Shown in pieces: positions 36,780 to 45,813 of a stretch of 64,000 nucleotides of DNA (position 1 is its first letter; each line of letters begins with the position of its first letter). Source of the DNA: Candidatus Iainarchaeum sp. (GTDB taxonomy: Archaea; Iainarchaeota; Iainarchaeia; Iainarchaeales; JAXPJC01); assembly GCA_016187745.1 (NCBI GenBank), contig JACPJC010000006.1:32001-96000 (forward strand), given 5' to 3'. The notes below the pieces were generated by a model. It ran no database searches and was not told the origin of the DNA. It saw only the letters and a list, made by a program, of their open reading frames with translations. The translations under genes and the position numbers were made by a program.

Positions 36780-38474
36780 CTATTTCTTTTCCCTTAATTC
36801 TGAGTCCTGCGCATATTCAAGATTGCGCTTCAGCGCGAATTCGGCTTTCTGGAGCTCCGCGCCCAAATAGAGCGCGTGGGAAGTGTTTATCTGCGCCTTA
36901 AATGCAAGCTGCTCATAAATCTCGCGCGCGCTTGCGCCGCAGATTTTCTCAATCTCGCGGTTTGTTTCGGGATGCAGGAGCGCAATTGAGATTTTCCCAT
37001 CCTCAATTGCAATGACATAATTGCCCCTTGGGTCGGAATAATCTATTTTGGGTTTGCGGAACTTTGAGAGCATCTCCTCAACTTGCTTGTAGTAATGCGC
37101 ATAAATCTGGGCGCTGCCAGAGATTATTGTAATTATCCCTGTTGGCAATCCGATTGCGTCTGCGATTGTTTTCTGTATTGCCGCGCATCCGTAAGCGTTT
37201 TCAGGCCAGCCCTGCACCATGTCATGAGACCTGAAATAAACCATCAGATTCAGCCTTTCATCCTGCACTATCGGGTGCAGCAGAACAAGGCAGGGGCTGC
37301 TCTTGTGCTTGCGCATAAGCTCATCGGAAACATGCCATGTGATTGCAACGCCTGCCTTTGAGTAGGGGTCGCGCTTCAGCGCATCTATAATATCTGCAAT
37401 CTGGTCAATTTCACAGCCCTTTTCCAGGTATTTCACATTTGCATCAAGGTGCGCGCCCTTTCCGAACTCAAAATCCTTGTAGGCAGGGCTGTTTGCAAGC
37501 TCCTTGACAACGCCTGCGTCTTCAACCAAATATGCGCGCAGCTTGTTGCCGTAAGTGTAGGCCTTTCCCTCGGGAAGAAGCGGGGACAAGACCTCTTTTT
37601 GGTATGCAAGGATTTTTTCATTTGTAAGAGGGACAAGGAATGGATTCAGGGACAAACCGCCATTCTGCGGGCTGTGGATTACCGCAACCAAATTGTTTAT
37701 TTCCTTTACCCGGCGGTCAGTGTTTGCGTTCATCAGATTCCTTTTTCCATAGCGGGAGATCGCGTGCATTATTTCAATCCAGGTTTCGGGGATTGAATTT
37801 CCTGAAACAAGAAGCGCGCTTCCCTCATGGGGGAATTCCTCGGCGCTCGGTTCATAGGGAAAAATTTGTGGCGTGTCTGAAAACGGCTGCTTCCTTTCAG
37901 CTTCCTTCATTATCCTGTTGGCTTCGGCAATCTTCTCCTCAAGGGATGCCCTTGGCATTCTTGAATTCAGATCAATTAATTCCACAGAAGCCATTATTCC
38001 GTTTATTGCTTCCGAGGGAATATTCCTGTCGAAATAAACCGCGCTTTCAAATCCCTGAAGCTTGCGCCCGGAATTTATGCCCTTCTCGAAAAATGCCCTT
38101 ATTGAGTTTGCGCTTGTCTGCTGGACTGGCGAATTTGGTGAAAGGGTTTTCTGCTGCTCCGCGGCGGAATACTCGCTTCCAAGAACTATCATGTAGCGTA
38201 TGAAGGGGTTTGCAAGGATGTTGCGCGCCATTCCTTCAAGCCCCGCGGGAGTGTAAAAATTGCTCGCAATCGCAAGCCTTTCCTTTTCCAGTTTTGGCAG
38301 AATCGCATCGCGCATTGTCCAGAGGAAGGTAACTGCAAAATCCGCATTTGTAATGCGCGTTTCGTTCCTTTCGGGAAATGCTATCCTGTCCCTAACGCTA
38401 ACGGGCCAGCCCTTTGCGCCCGAGCTGCCAACAAGCCCGCGCATAGCATTTAGAATCTGTTCATCAGAAGGCAT
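36780..38474 (-). CDS. thyA: thymidylate synthase fused to an MtrA-like N-terminal and DUF4346-like C-terminal domain
   Basis: YTYGNKL, SPCL catalytic Cys, FRSHD...WPEN, SAQIY. N-terminal NILANPFIRY; C-terminal DPRG...HALYLGAELQKAE...YAQD. Confidence 0.75.
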   Translation of the reverse strand: MPSDEQILNAMRGLVGSSGAKGWPVSVRDRIAFPERNETRITNADFAVTFLWTMRDAILPKLEKERLAIASNFYTPAGLEGMARNILANPFIRYMIVLGSEYSAAEQQKTLSPNSPVQQTSANSIRAFFEKGINSGRKLQGFESAVYFDRNIPSEAINGIMASVELIDLNSRMPRASLEEKIAEANRIMKEAERKQPFSDTPQIFPYEPSAEEFPHEGSALLVSGNSIPETWIEIMHAISRYGKRNLMNANTDRRVKEINNLVAVIHSPQNGGLSLNPFLVPLTNEKILAYQKEVLSPLLPEGKAYTYGNKLRAYLVEDAGVVKELANSPAYKDFEFGKGAHLDANVKYLEKGCEIDQIADIIDALKRDPYSKAGVAITWHVSDELMRKHKSSPCLVLLHPIVQDERLNLMVYFRSHDMVQGWPENAYGCAAIQKTIADAIGLPTGIITIISGSAQIYAHYYKQVEEMLSKFRKPKIDYSDPRGNYVIAIEDGKISIALLHPETNREIEKICGASAREIYEQLAFKAQINTSHALYLGAELQKAEFALKRNLEYAQDSELREKK

Positions 38475-38620
38475 AGCCAGCTCCCAATAAGAATAATCCG
38501 AATAACCCTTAAAAAGCATTCCCTACAATAGTTATTACAGAATAGCGCTCTTCTTTTTGGCTTTGCATATTGTTCTGAGTTGCTTGTTCGAAATTGAAAG
38601 TTTTAAACTGGTGAGCTGAA

Positions 38621-40381
38621 ATGAATGCAATAAGGCAGCCCATAATTGTTGTTATGGGGCATGTGGACGCTGGAAAGACAAGCCTGCTTGACCGCATTAG
38701 GGGCACAACTGTTGCGGCGCGCGAGGCGGGCGCAATAACCCAGCATATTGGCGCTACGGAAGTCCCTGTAGAAATAATAAGCAGAATTTCCGGCGCGCTG
38801 CTCGGGAAATACGGCTTCAAATTGAACATTCCAGGGCTGCTGTTCATTGACACGCCTGGGCATGAGGCATTTACGCATTTGCGCGAGAGGGGGGGGAGCA
38901 TTGCGGATTTGTGCGTGCTTGTAGTGGATGCAATAAAGGGATTGCAGGAGCAGAGCTTTGAGGCGCTGAATATTTTAAGGACATTCAAGACCCCGTTCAT
39001 TGTTGCAATGAACAAAATAGACAATATTGCGGGATGGAAGACCGCGGATGCGAGCTTCACTGCAAATCTTGCGCAGCAGAACGCATATGCGCTTGAGGCG
39101 CTTGACAAGAAGTTATATGAAGTTGTGGGGCAGCTGCACGCAAGGGGATTCAATTCCGAGAGGTTTGACCGCTGCGAGAATTTTACGCAGCAGATTCCGA
39201 TAATCCCGGTGTGCTCGAAATCGGGGGAAGGGATTGCCGAAGTGCTTGTGTTTTTGTCGGGATTGAGCCAGAAATTCCTGGAAAGCGAGCTGGCGCTGCA
39301 TGTGAAGGGCGCGGCGCGCGGGAGCGTGCTTGAGGTAAATGAGGAGCGGGGATTGGGGACAACGATTGACATTATTTTATACGATGGAACTCTGCACGCA
39401 AAGGAGGAAATTGCGGTTCTCGGAAGGGCGGGGGTCATAACAACGAAAGTGCGCGCAATATTGAAGCCCAGGGCGCTTGAGCAGATGGGAACAGGGGAAA
39501 AATTCTTCAATGTGCTGGAAGCGCATGCGGCTTCGGGAATAAAAATTTCCGCGCCCCTTCTTGAGAATGCAATTGCGGGCTCCCCGTTCATTGCGGTAAG
39601 CTCGGAAAAGGACATTGAGGAACTTAAAAAAGAATCAAGGGAAATAAAAATCGAAAGCGATGTTGCAGGGGTTGTAATAAAGGCGGATACGCTTGGAAGC
39701 TTGGAAGCCATGGTCAAGCTGCTGCAGAATGCGGGGCTTAAAATAAGGTTTGCGGATCTTGGCGCAATAAGCAGGAATGATGTGATGTGCGCCCTTGCGG
39801 TAAGGGAGAATGATGCGGAAAAGGCGGTAATATTCGCATTCAATGTGCCTGCCCTTCCGGAAGCGCTGCAGGAGGCCGAAAAGAAGGGAATAAAAATATT
39901 CTCTGGGAACGTTATATACAGGCTTATTGAGGATTACACTCAATGGATTGAGCTTTTCAAGGAGCAGGCAAGGAAGCAGAAGGAAGCGGAGCTCATTTAC
40001 CCCTTTGCCTTCAAAATACTTCCAGGCATGGTCTTCAGGAACAGCAAGCCGGCTGTTGCGGGAATCCATGTGACAAGCGGAAAAATAAAGCCCGGAGTGG
40101 AAATTATGAACGAGAATGGAGAAATTGTTGGGAAGGTGGAATCGCTGCAGTCGGAGGGAAAAACGCTTCATGAGGCCGGGAAGGGGGATGAAGTCGCAAT
40201 CGCGATTTCCGGAGCGACAATAGGGAGGCAGATAAGCGAGAATGAGACCCTGTATTCTGCAATAACCCAGAAGGGGCTTGCAAAAATCCTGCAGAACGCG
40301 GACATGTTCAGTTCTGAGGAAATTGAGCTTGCGAAAAAATTGTTTGAAAAACTAAAAAGCACTGAAGAAGAGGGCAATTGA
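38621..40381 (+). CDS. infB: translation initiation factor aIF5B (IF-2)
   Basis: GHVDAGKT, EAGAITQHIGA, DTPGHEAF, NKID. Confidence 0.97.
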   Translation: MNAIRQPIIVVMGHVDAGKTSLLDRIRGTTVAAREAGAITQHIGATEVPVEIISRISGALLGKYGFKLNIPGLLFIDTPGHEAFTHLRERGGSIADLCVLVVDAIKGLQEQSFEALNILRTFKTPFIVAMNKIDNIAGWKTADASFTANLAQQNAYALEALDKKLYEVVGQLHARGFNSERFDRCENFTQQIPIIPVCSKSGEGIAEVLVFLSGLSQKFLESELALHVKGAARGSVLEVNEERGLGTTIDIILYDGTLHAKEEIAVLGRAGVITTKVRAILKPRALEQMGTGEKFFNVLEAHAASGIKISAPLLENAIAGSPFIAVSSEKDIEELKKESREIKIESDVAGVVIKADTLGSLEAMVKLLQNAGLKIRFADLGAISRNDVMCALAVRENDAEKAVIFAFNVPALPEALQEAEKKGIKIFSGNVIYRLIEDYTQWIELFKEQARKQKEAELIYPFAFKILPGMVFRNSKPAVAGIHVTSGKIKPGVEIMNENGEIVGKVESLQSEGKTLHEAGKGDEVAIAISGATIGRQISENETLYSAITQKGLAKILQNADMFSSEEIELAKKLFEKLKSTEEEGN

Positions 40382-40436
40382 GAAATAAAATAAGAAAAAT
40401 AAGAATAATTTCAACAAATCAAACGGAGGAGAAAAA

Positions 40437-40928
40437 ATGCAATTATCAATTTCAGATCCGAAAAGCGGAAAAGCATATTCAAAAAAAATAGAGGAAGCGG
40501 GAATATTCCTCAACAAAAAGCTCGGGGACACTGTCGAGCTTTCTGCAATAGGGATGCAGGGATACAGGGCGAAAATTGCGGGAGGCTCGGACAAGTGCGG
40601 ATTTCCCATGCACCCCGGGGTTTCAGGGCTTGCGAGAAAAAGGCTTTTCATTGCGGAGGGAACAGGCTTCAATGCGGAGAAGCGCGGGGAAAGGAAGCGC
40701 AAGAACGTAAGGGGAAATGTAATCGGCGCTGACATAAATCAGCTGAACTTAAGGGTTTCCGAATATGGAAGTGTTCCCTTGAGCGAGCTGTTTGCGGGGG
40801 AAATTGCAAAGCCGAAGGAAGAGAAGAAGTCAGCAAAGGAAGCGCTGGTTGAGCAGAGCCTTGAGCAGGTTGGAAAGGTAGAAATTGCCGGCGACTCAAG
40901 CAAAATAAAGGGGAAGGCGAAGGGTTAG
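40437..40928 (+). CDS. rps6e: 30S ribosomal protein eS6
   Basis: ISDPKSGK, GGSDKCGFPM, GERKRK.VRG. Confidence 0.95.
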   Translation: MQLSISDPKSGKAYSKKIEEAGIFLNKKLGDTVELSAIGMQGYRAKIAGGSDKCGFPMHPGVSGLARKRLFIAEGTGFNAEKRGERKRKNVRGNVIGADINQLNLRVSEYGSVPLSELFAGEIAKPKEEKKSAKEALVEQSLEQVGKVEIAGDSSKIKGKAKG

Positions 40929-40931
40929 TGA

Positions 40932-42149
40932 ATGCGTACAGCTGAAAACCAGTCAAATGAGCCGTTGCAGGCTGAGGTCAATATAGGCATGGTGGGGCAC
41001 GTTGACCATGGGAAAACAAGCCTTACTAAGGCAATAACCGGAAAGTGGACTGACACGCATTCCGAGGAGCTGAAGCGCGGAATTTCCATAAGGCTTGGGT
41101 ATGCGGATGCGGTCTTCTACAAGTGCGAAAAATGCTCTGGCGCAGGGGCATACGCAACAAAGCCGAAATGCGGAAAGTGCTCGGGAAATGCGAAGCTCCT
41201 TAGGAAAGTGAGCTTTGTTGATGCGCCCGGGCATGAAACACTTATGACCACAATGCTTTCAGGAGCCGCGCTAATGAACGGCGCGATTCTTGTAATTGCT
41301 GCAAATGAGCCCTGCCCGCAGCCGAGGACTGCGGAGCACTTGACTGCACTGAAGATGTCGGGGATAAACAGCATTGTTGTTGCGCAGAACAAGATAGACC
41401 TTGTATCAAGGGAAAAGGCGCTGGAATCCTTCAGGGAAATAAGGGAATTCCTGAAGGAATATGATGCGGAGGATGCGCAGATAATCCCTGTTGCGGCGCA
41501 CTTCAATGCGAACATTGACGCGCTTGTTGAGGCGCTGGAAAAGGCAATTCCCTCCCCAAAATTCGAATCCGGGAAGCCGCTGAGGATGTTTATTGCAAGA
41601 AGCTTTGACATAAACAGGCCCGGAAGCAAGGCAGAGGAGCTAAAGGGCGGGGCGCTCGGGGGCTCAATAACGCTTGGCTTTGCAAAGGTCGGGGATGAAA
41701 TTGAAATAGCCCCGGGAATTGACGGGAAGAAATTGAAAACAAAAATCTCAAGCCTGAGCACAGCAAATTACGAATTGAAGGAGGCAAAGCCCGGGGGGCT
41801 TATAGCAATAGGGACAACTCTTGACCCTTCAATCACAAAAAACGACCAGATGCGCGGGCAGGTTGTGGGGGCGCTCAACACGCTTCCGGAGCCGGTTTCA
41901 AGGGTGAAGCTCGAGGTGCATGAGATGAAAAGGCTGCTTGAGGAGATAGGGAAAATAAAGGTGAATGAAACTGTCGTGCTTACTGTTGGAACTGCAAGCA
42001 TTGCTGCGAGCGTTGCAAAAATGGCAGGGAGCAACAAATTCGAATTCCTGCTCAAATCGCCTGTTGTTGTAGAGCCCAAACAGAAGGTTGCAATAAGCAA
42101 GCTGGTAAAATCGGCATGGCGCCTTGCGGCGTATGGTGTTGTTTCATGA
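40932..42149 (+). CDS. eif2g: translation initiation factor 2 gamma subunit
   Basis: GHVDHGKT, HSEELKRGISI, DAPGHE, zinc knuckle. Confidence 0.96.
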   Translation: MRTAENQSNEPLQAEVNIGMVGHVDHGKTSLTKAITGKWTDTHSEELKRGISIRLGYADAVFYKCEKCSGAGAYATKPKCGKCSGNAKLLRKVSFVDAPGHETLMTTMLSGAALMNGAILVIAANEPCPQPRTAEHLTALKMSGINSIVVAQNKIDLVSREKALESFREIREFLKEYDAEDAQIIPVAAHFNANIDALVEALEKAIPSPKFESGKPLRMFIARSFDINRPGSKAEELKGGALGGSITLGFAKVGDEIEIAPGIDGKKLKTKISSLSTANYELKEAKPGGLIAIGTTLDPSITKNDQMRGQVVGALNTLPEPVSRVKLEVHEMKRLLEEIGKIKVNETVVLTVGTASIAASVAKMAGSNKFEFLLKSPVVVEPKQKVAISKLVKSAWRLAAYGVVS

Positions 42150-42538
42150 GGATAGCAATTGACGCGAATATGCTGCTTGCAATCGCAAATGAGAAGATTG
42201 ACGTTTTCGGGCAGATAAGGGATGAGTTCGGAAAAACTGCTGAAATCATAATTCCGAGGCAGGTAATTGATGAGCTGAAAATCCTTTCGAAGCGGAACAA
42301 AAAAAATGAAAATGCGGTGAAAATTGCAATGCAGGAAATTGAAAAGAATGATGCGCGCATTCGGGAAGTAAATGCAAAAAATGCCGATGAGGCGCTGATT
42401 GCGCTTGCAAGGGAAGGAACTGCTGTTGCAACAAATGATTCCGCGCTCAAGAAAGAGGTTAAAAAACTTAACGCTGGGATAATATTTACAAGAAAAGGGC
42501 GATTTTTGGCATTTTCTTCTATGAATCTTCTGTTTTAA
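42146..42538 (+). CDS. PIN domain protein (Fcf1/VapC9-like)
   Basis: IDANML, ADEAL, ATND..L; conserved position after aIF2-gamma. Confidence 0.85.
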   Translation: MRIAIDANMLLAIANEKIDVFGQIRDEFGKTAEIIIPRQVIDELKILSKRNKKNENAVKIAMQEIEKNDARIREVNAKNADEALIALAREGTAVATNDSALKKEVKKLNAGIIFTRKGRFLAFSSMNLLF

Positions 42539-42563
42539 TGGATTTAAATGGAGTTAGAGAAAA

Positions 42564-43184
42564 ATGTATGCACTTTGTGAAATCCGGGATACAATACGCG
42601 TGCCCCCTGACAAGTTTGAAAGCAACCTGGAGAAGGCGATGCTGAAAATAATCCAGGAGGAGTATGAGGGGCTGGTGGATGAGGACCTTGGGGTTATTGT
42701 TGCGGTCAATGATGTGAAGAACATCGGCGAGGGAAAAGTAATTCCGGGGGAGGGCGCGGCGTATTACTCCGCCGACTTTGAATTGCTTGTTTACAAGCCA
42801 GAGGTTCAGGAAGTTGTGGAGGGATTTGTTTCCGAGGTTGCGGAATTCGGGGCTTTCCTGCGCACGGGCCCTGTGGAAGGCCTTATACACGTTTCGCAGA
42901 TAATGGATGATTACATAAATTATGACGGGAAACTGCCGGGGTTTGTGGGAAAATCCTCAAAGAAGAAGCTGGTTGTAAATGATGAGGTAATTGCAAGGGT
43001 AATTTCAGTGAGCCTGAAGGGAAGCATTGCGGAATCAAAGATAGGACTGACAATGAGGCAGCCCTTCCTTGGAAAAGAGGAATGGCAGAAGATTGATGAG
43101 AAGCTCAAGCTCAGGGAAAAGCCGAAGCCGCAGGAAAAGAAGCAGGTGAAGCAGGCGCCGGACAGAAGGCCTGAGAAAAAGTAA
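42564..43184 (+). CDS. rpoE: RNA polymerase subunit E' (Rpo7)
   Basis: IRVPP, FGAF...GP.EGLIHVSQI, IGLTMRQP.LG. Confidence 0.96.
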   Translation: MYALCEIRDTIRVPPDKFESNLEKAMLKIIQEEYEGLVDEDLGVIVAVNDVKNIGEGKVIPGEGAAYYSADFELLVYKPEVQEVVEGFVSEVAEFGAFLRTGPVEGLIHVSQIMDDYINYDGKLPGFVGKSSKKKLVVNDEVIARVISVSLKGSIAESKIGLTMRQPFLGKEEWQKIDEKLKLREKPKPQEKKQVKQAPDRRPEKK

Positions 43185-43206
43185 GGGAAGCTAATAATGA
43201 AAATGA

Positions 43207-43234
43207 GGAAGGTATCGGAAACGTAGTTTCTGAT
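43207..43234 (+). repeat. family A hairpin element with GTA loop
   Basis: ggaaggtatcggaaacgtagtttctgat, 27/28 to the 9316 copy. Confidence 0.8.
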
Positions 43235-43246
43235 GAAAGGTGTCTT

Positions 43247-43468
43247 ATGCAAAAAGGGAAGGCATGCAGGAGCTGCAGGAAAATAATTGAGGAAAGCAAC
43301 ACAGACAAATGCCCGAACTGCGGGAACAATGCGTTTACAACCTTCTGGAGAGGGTATGTTGTTGTAATCAATCCGGAAAACTCTGAGCTTGCAAAAAAAA
43401 TGGGAATTTCCGCGGCGGGGAAATATGCGCTGCATATCAGCAGATGGATGAGGTTGAGGTTTCCGTGA
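43247..43468 (+). CDS. spt4: transcription elongation factor Spt4 (RpoE'')
   Basis: KACRSC...CPNCG, W.G.V....PE.S..A, GKYAL; atypical C-terminal tail. Confidence 0.9.
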   Translation: MQKGKACRSCRKIIEESNTDKCPNCGNNAFTTFWRGYVVVINPENSELAKKMGISAAGKYALHISRWMRLRFP

Positions 43469-43746
43469 AGGATTTGGAAAAAACCCCCTCAAGGCTTGAG
43501 CTCAAGAAGGAAATCGCGCACAAGCTTAATGCGCCCGAGGACTGCATTGCGCTTGGGAGCATAAGCCAGCAATTCGGGTTTAAGGGGGCGGAATGCTCAG
43601 CGCATGTTTATGAGAGCAGGGAGAAATTGCAGAAAACAGAGCTGCAGCACAGGGCCGACAAGAGTTTTGGAATAAGCCGCTCAAAGGGAGCAAAGCAGGC
43701 CGCGAGCTCTGCAAAGGCCGAAGCTCCTGCGGAAGAAAAAAAGTGA
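43444..43746 (+). CDS. rps24e: 30S ribosomal protein eS24, apparently N-terminally truncated
   Basis: TPSR.E.K..IA..L, QFG, A.VY; the usual N-terminal NPLL.R segment is absent. Confidence 0.75.
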   Translation: MDEVEVSVKDLEKTPSRLELKKEIAHKLNAPEDCIALGSISQQFGFKGAECSAHVYESREKLQKTELQHRADKSFGISRSKGAKQAASSAKAEAPAEEKK

Positions 43747-43763
43747 AAAGGGAGTGACTGAAA

Positions 43764-43991
43764 ATGCCTGAAGCGCTTGAAGCAGAAGAGAAATCCAAAA
43801 AGCCAAAGAAGGAAGGGAAGCGCACAAAAAAGGCGCATAAGAAAATGAAAAAAGGCTCTTATTATTCGGTTTCTTCTGAGAAGCTTGAGAGGAAAAAGCG
43901 CTTCTGCCCGAAATGCGGCCCCGGAACCTTCATGGCCGAGCACAAGAACAGGTTCGCATGCGGAAAGTGCGCATACACTGAATTCAAATGA
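43764..43991 (+). CDS. rps27ae: 30S ribosomal protein eS31 (S27ae)
   Basis: [18 protein letters not shown]. Confidence 0.95.
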   Translation: MPEALEAEEKSKKPKKEGKRTKKAHKKMKKGSYYSVSSEKLERKKRFCPKCGPGTFMAEHKNRFACGKCAYTEFK

Positions 43992-44010
43992 AAGGGGATG
44001 AGCAGCCATA

Positions 44011-44556
44011 TTGAGGACATTGCTCTTGAACCTCCTGATTGATGCCATATTAATTGGAATTCCCGCATTTTACTTCTATAAGTTCGGGAAGGCAAAAACC
44101 CTTAAAAAAATCCTTAAGGAATTCGGGCTGTTTTTCCGCTCAGGGAGGAAGGATGCTATTTCCTCGGCGCTGATTTTCATTGAGCTGTTTGCCGCCTCAA
44201 TTGCAATTTCGCTTGCGCTTTCGGCATTCGGGCTTAATGACCTTGGAAATGTAACAAATGCAATTGAAACGGTAAAGAAAACAGCCCCTTTGCTGCTTAT
44301 TTATATCTTTTTGGTGAGAATTCCGGCAGAAGAGCTGTTTTTCCGCTCATTTTTGACAAAAAGGCTTGGAATATGGCTTTCTTCGGCAATATTCGCCCTT
44401 GCGCATGTTTCTTACTATTCAACAGGGGAAGTGATTGGCGCTTTTATCCTGGGGGCCATACTTGCCCATAATTTCAGGGCGAACAGGACAATAGTGCCTA
44501 ATATTATAGCCCATATATTATATAATTTTATAATCATTATACTGGTATTGGTGTAA
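44011..44556 (+). CDS. CPBP (CAAX-like) intramembrane metalloprotease
   Basis: EELFFR, FALAH, H..YN; start uncertain. Confidence 0.85.
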   Translation: MRTLLLNLLIDAILIGIPAFYFYKFGKAKTLKKILKEFGLFFRSGRKDAISSALIFIELFAASIAISLALSAFGLNDLGNVTNAIETVKKTAPLLLIYIFLVRIPAEELFFRSFLTKRLGIWLSSAIFALAHVSYYSTGEVIGAFILGAILAHNFRANRTIVPNIIAHILYNFIIIILVLV

Positions 44557-44558
44557 TT

Positions 44559-45194
44559 ATGTGCCTTATACTGCATATTTCCGGCAGGAAACAGCCCATG
44601 CTCATAAGGCTGGCTGCCTCGGCGCTTGATGAGGGGGCAATAGCAATATTCCCAACAGAAACCTGCTATGGGATTGGGTGCGATGCGACTGATGAAACTG
44701 CAGTAAGGCGCATTTTTGAAATAAAAAAGCGCAATAAGAAAAAGGCGCTCCCTGTAATTGTAAATGACATCCAAACCGCGGAGCGATACTGCTACATAAC
44801 ACCAACTGCTGAACTCCTTGCAAAGAAGTTTATGCCCGGCCCTTTAACCCTTGTTGTAAAGGCAAGGGGAAATCTGCCAAAAGCGCTTACCGCAAGTTCA
44901 GGGAAAATCGCTTTCCGCATTTCAAGCAACAAAATTGCGAATGCGCTTGCCAAGGAATTGGGAAAGCCGCTTGTTGCAACAAGCGCAAACCCCGGGGGAA
45001 AGGGGGAAATTTACTCGGGAAAGGAGGCAATTGAGAAATTCGCGCAGTGCGTTGACATAATAATTGATGCGGGCGCGCTCAAAAAAAGAAAGCCCAGCAC
45101 AATCTATGACACGCTCAGCAATAAAATCCTTCGCGCGGGGGAAATCAGCGGCGGGCGCATAAACAAGGCGCTTAAAACAGCAACTAATAAATAG
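44559..45194 (+). CDS. tsaC: threonylcarbamoyl-AMP synthase (YrdC-only TsaC/Sua5)
   Basis: PTETCYG, K.R...K, PGPLT, TSAN, PSTI; no Sua5 C-terminal domain. Confidence 0.9.
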   Translation: MCLILHISGRKQPMLIRLAASALDEGAIAIFPTETCYGIGCDATDETAVRRIFEIKKRNKKKALPVIVNDIQTAERYCYITPTAELLAKKFMPGPLTLVVKARGNLPKALTASSGKIAFRISSNKIANALAKELGKPLVATSANPGGKGEIYSGKEAIEKFAQCVDIIIDAGALKKRKPSTIYDTLSNKILRAGEISGGRINKALKTATNK

Positions 45195-45226
45195 TGCTTT
45201 GGGAGTAATTCTATTGGCGTGGAAAC

Positions 45227-45556
45227 ATGGGCGGATTGAAAATCAGCAAGCGGGGCAATGTTGTGGGCCTGAATCCATTATTGAAAAATCAGCCGAAGGC
45301 CGTGCAGCGAAGCATATTGAAAGCCGCCCTGGATGACCTTGTTGCGGAGCGCGCAAAAATCAGCCGCCAGATAATAAAAAACAAAAATGCCAAAATTGTT
45401 GTCAGAAGCCCGAATATGGTTTTTGAGGAAAGCAGCAGGGTAATTAAGGGGAATAAAAGAACCATTAAAACCCCCATGTTTGTTGAAGGGCGGCTTACCG
45501 GGAAGCTGCATGTCAGTACGGCAATAAACAACCTCAGGAAGCAAATCAAGAAATAG
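45227..45556 (+). CDS. basic orphan hypothetical protein
   Basis: 109-aa ORF filling the gap on the same strand. Confidence 0.55.
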   Translation: MGGLKISKRGNVVGLNPLLKNQPKAVQRSILKAALDDLVAERAKISRQIIKNKNAKIVVRSPNMVFEESSRVIKGNKRTIKTPMFVEGRLTGKLHVSTAINNLRKQIKK

Positions 45557-45576
45557 CCCTTTGCGCCGATTATGCT

Positions 45577-45762
45577 ATGAAACTTAATTTTATAAGGGAG
45601 TTCAGGGGCTTTTTGCGGAAGCGCAGGCAGGAAAAGCAGATGCTTGCGTGGAGAGCGCAGCAGAAGGCTATTGAAGATTCCTTGAGAAAAGAAATGCAAA
45701 AGCCGAATTCGCCTGAGCGCAACAAAAGGATAGCTGAACTCAGACAAAGACTTCTTCAGTGA
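45577..45762 (+). CDS. small basic orphan protein
   Basis: 61 aa, R/K-rich, helical. Confidence 0.45.
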   Translation: MKLNFIREFRGFLRKRRQEKQMLAWRAQQKAIEDSLRKEMQKPNSPERNKRIAELRQRLLQ

Positions 45763-45813
45763 TTTTTCATTCTTGTTTTTAATCTATTTGACTCCCAATT
45801 ATTCTGTGGTTGC

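Noticed and set aside
9467-43492. Many long antisense or alternate-frame ORFs in the ORF track (e.g. 15361-16242, 35341-36102, 38509-39843)
   Set aside because: They overlap well-identified conserved genes and show no recognisable motifs; treated as shadow ORFs.
45199-45798. Terminal inverted repeats (ttgggagt/actcccaa) around two orphan ORFs
   Set aside because: Only 8 bp, no target duplication seen, and both lie in ordinary promoter-like spacers.
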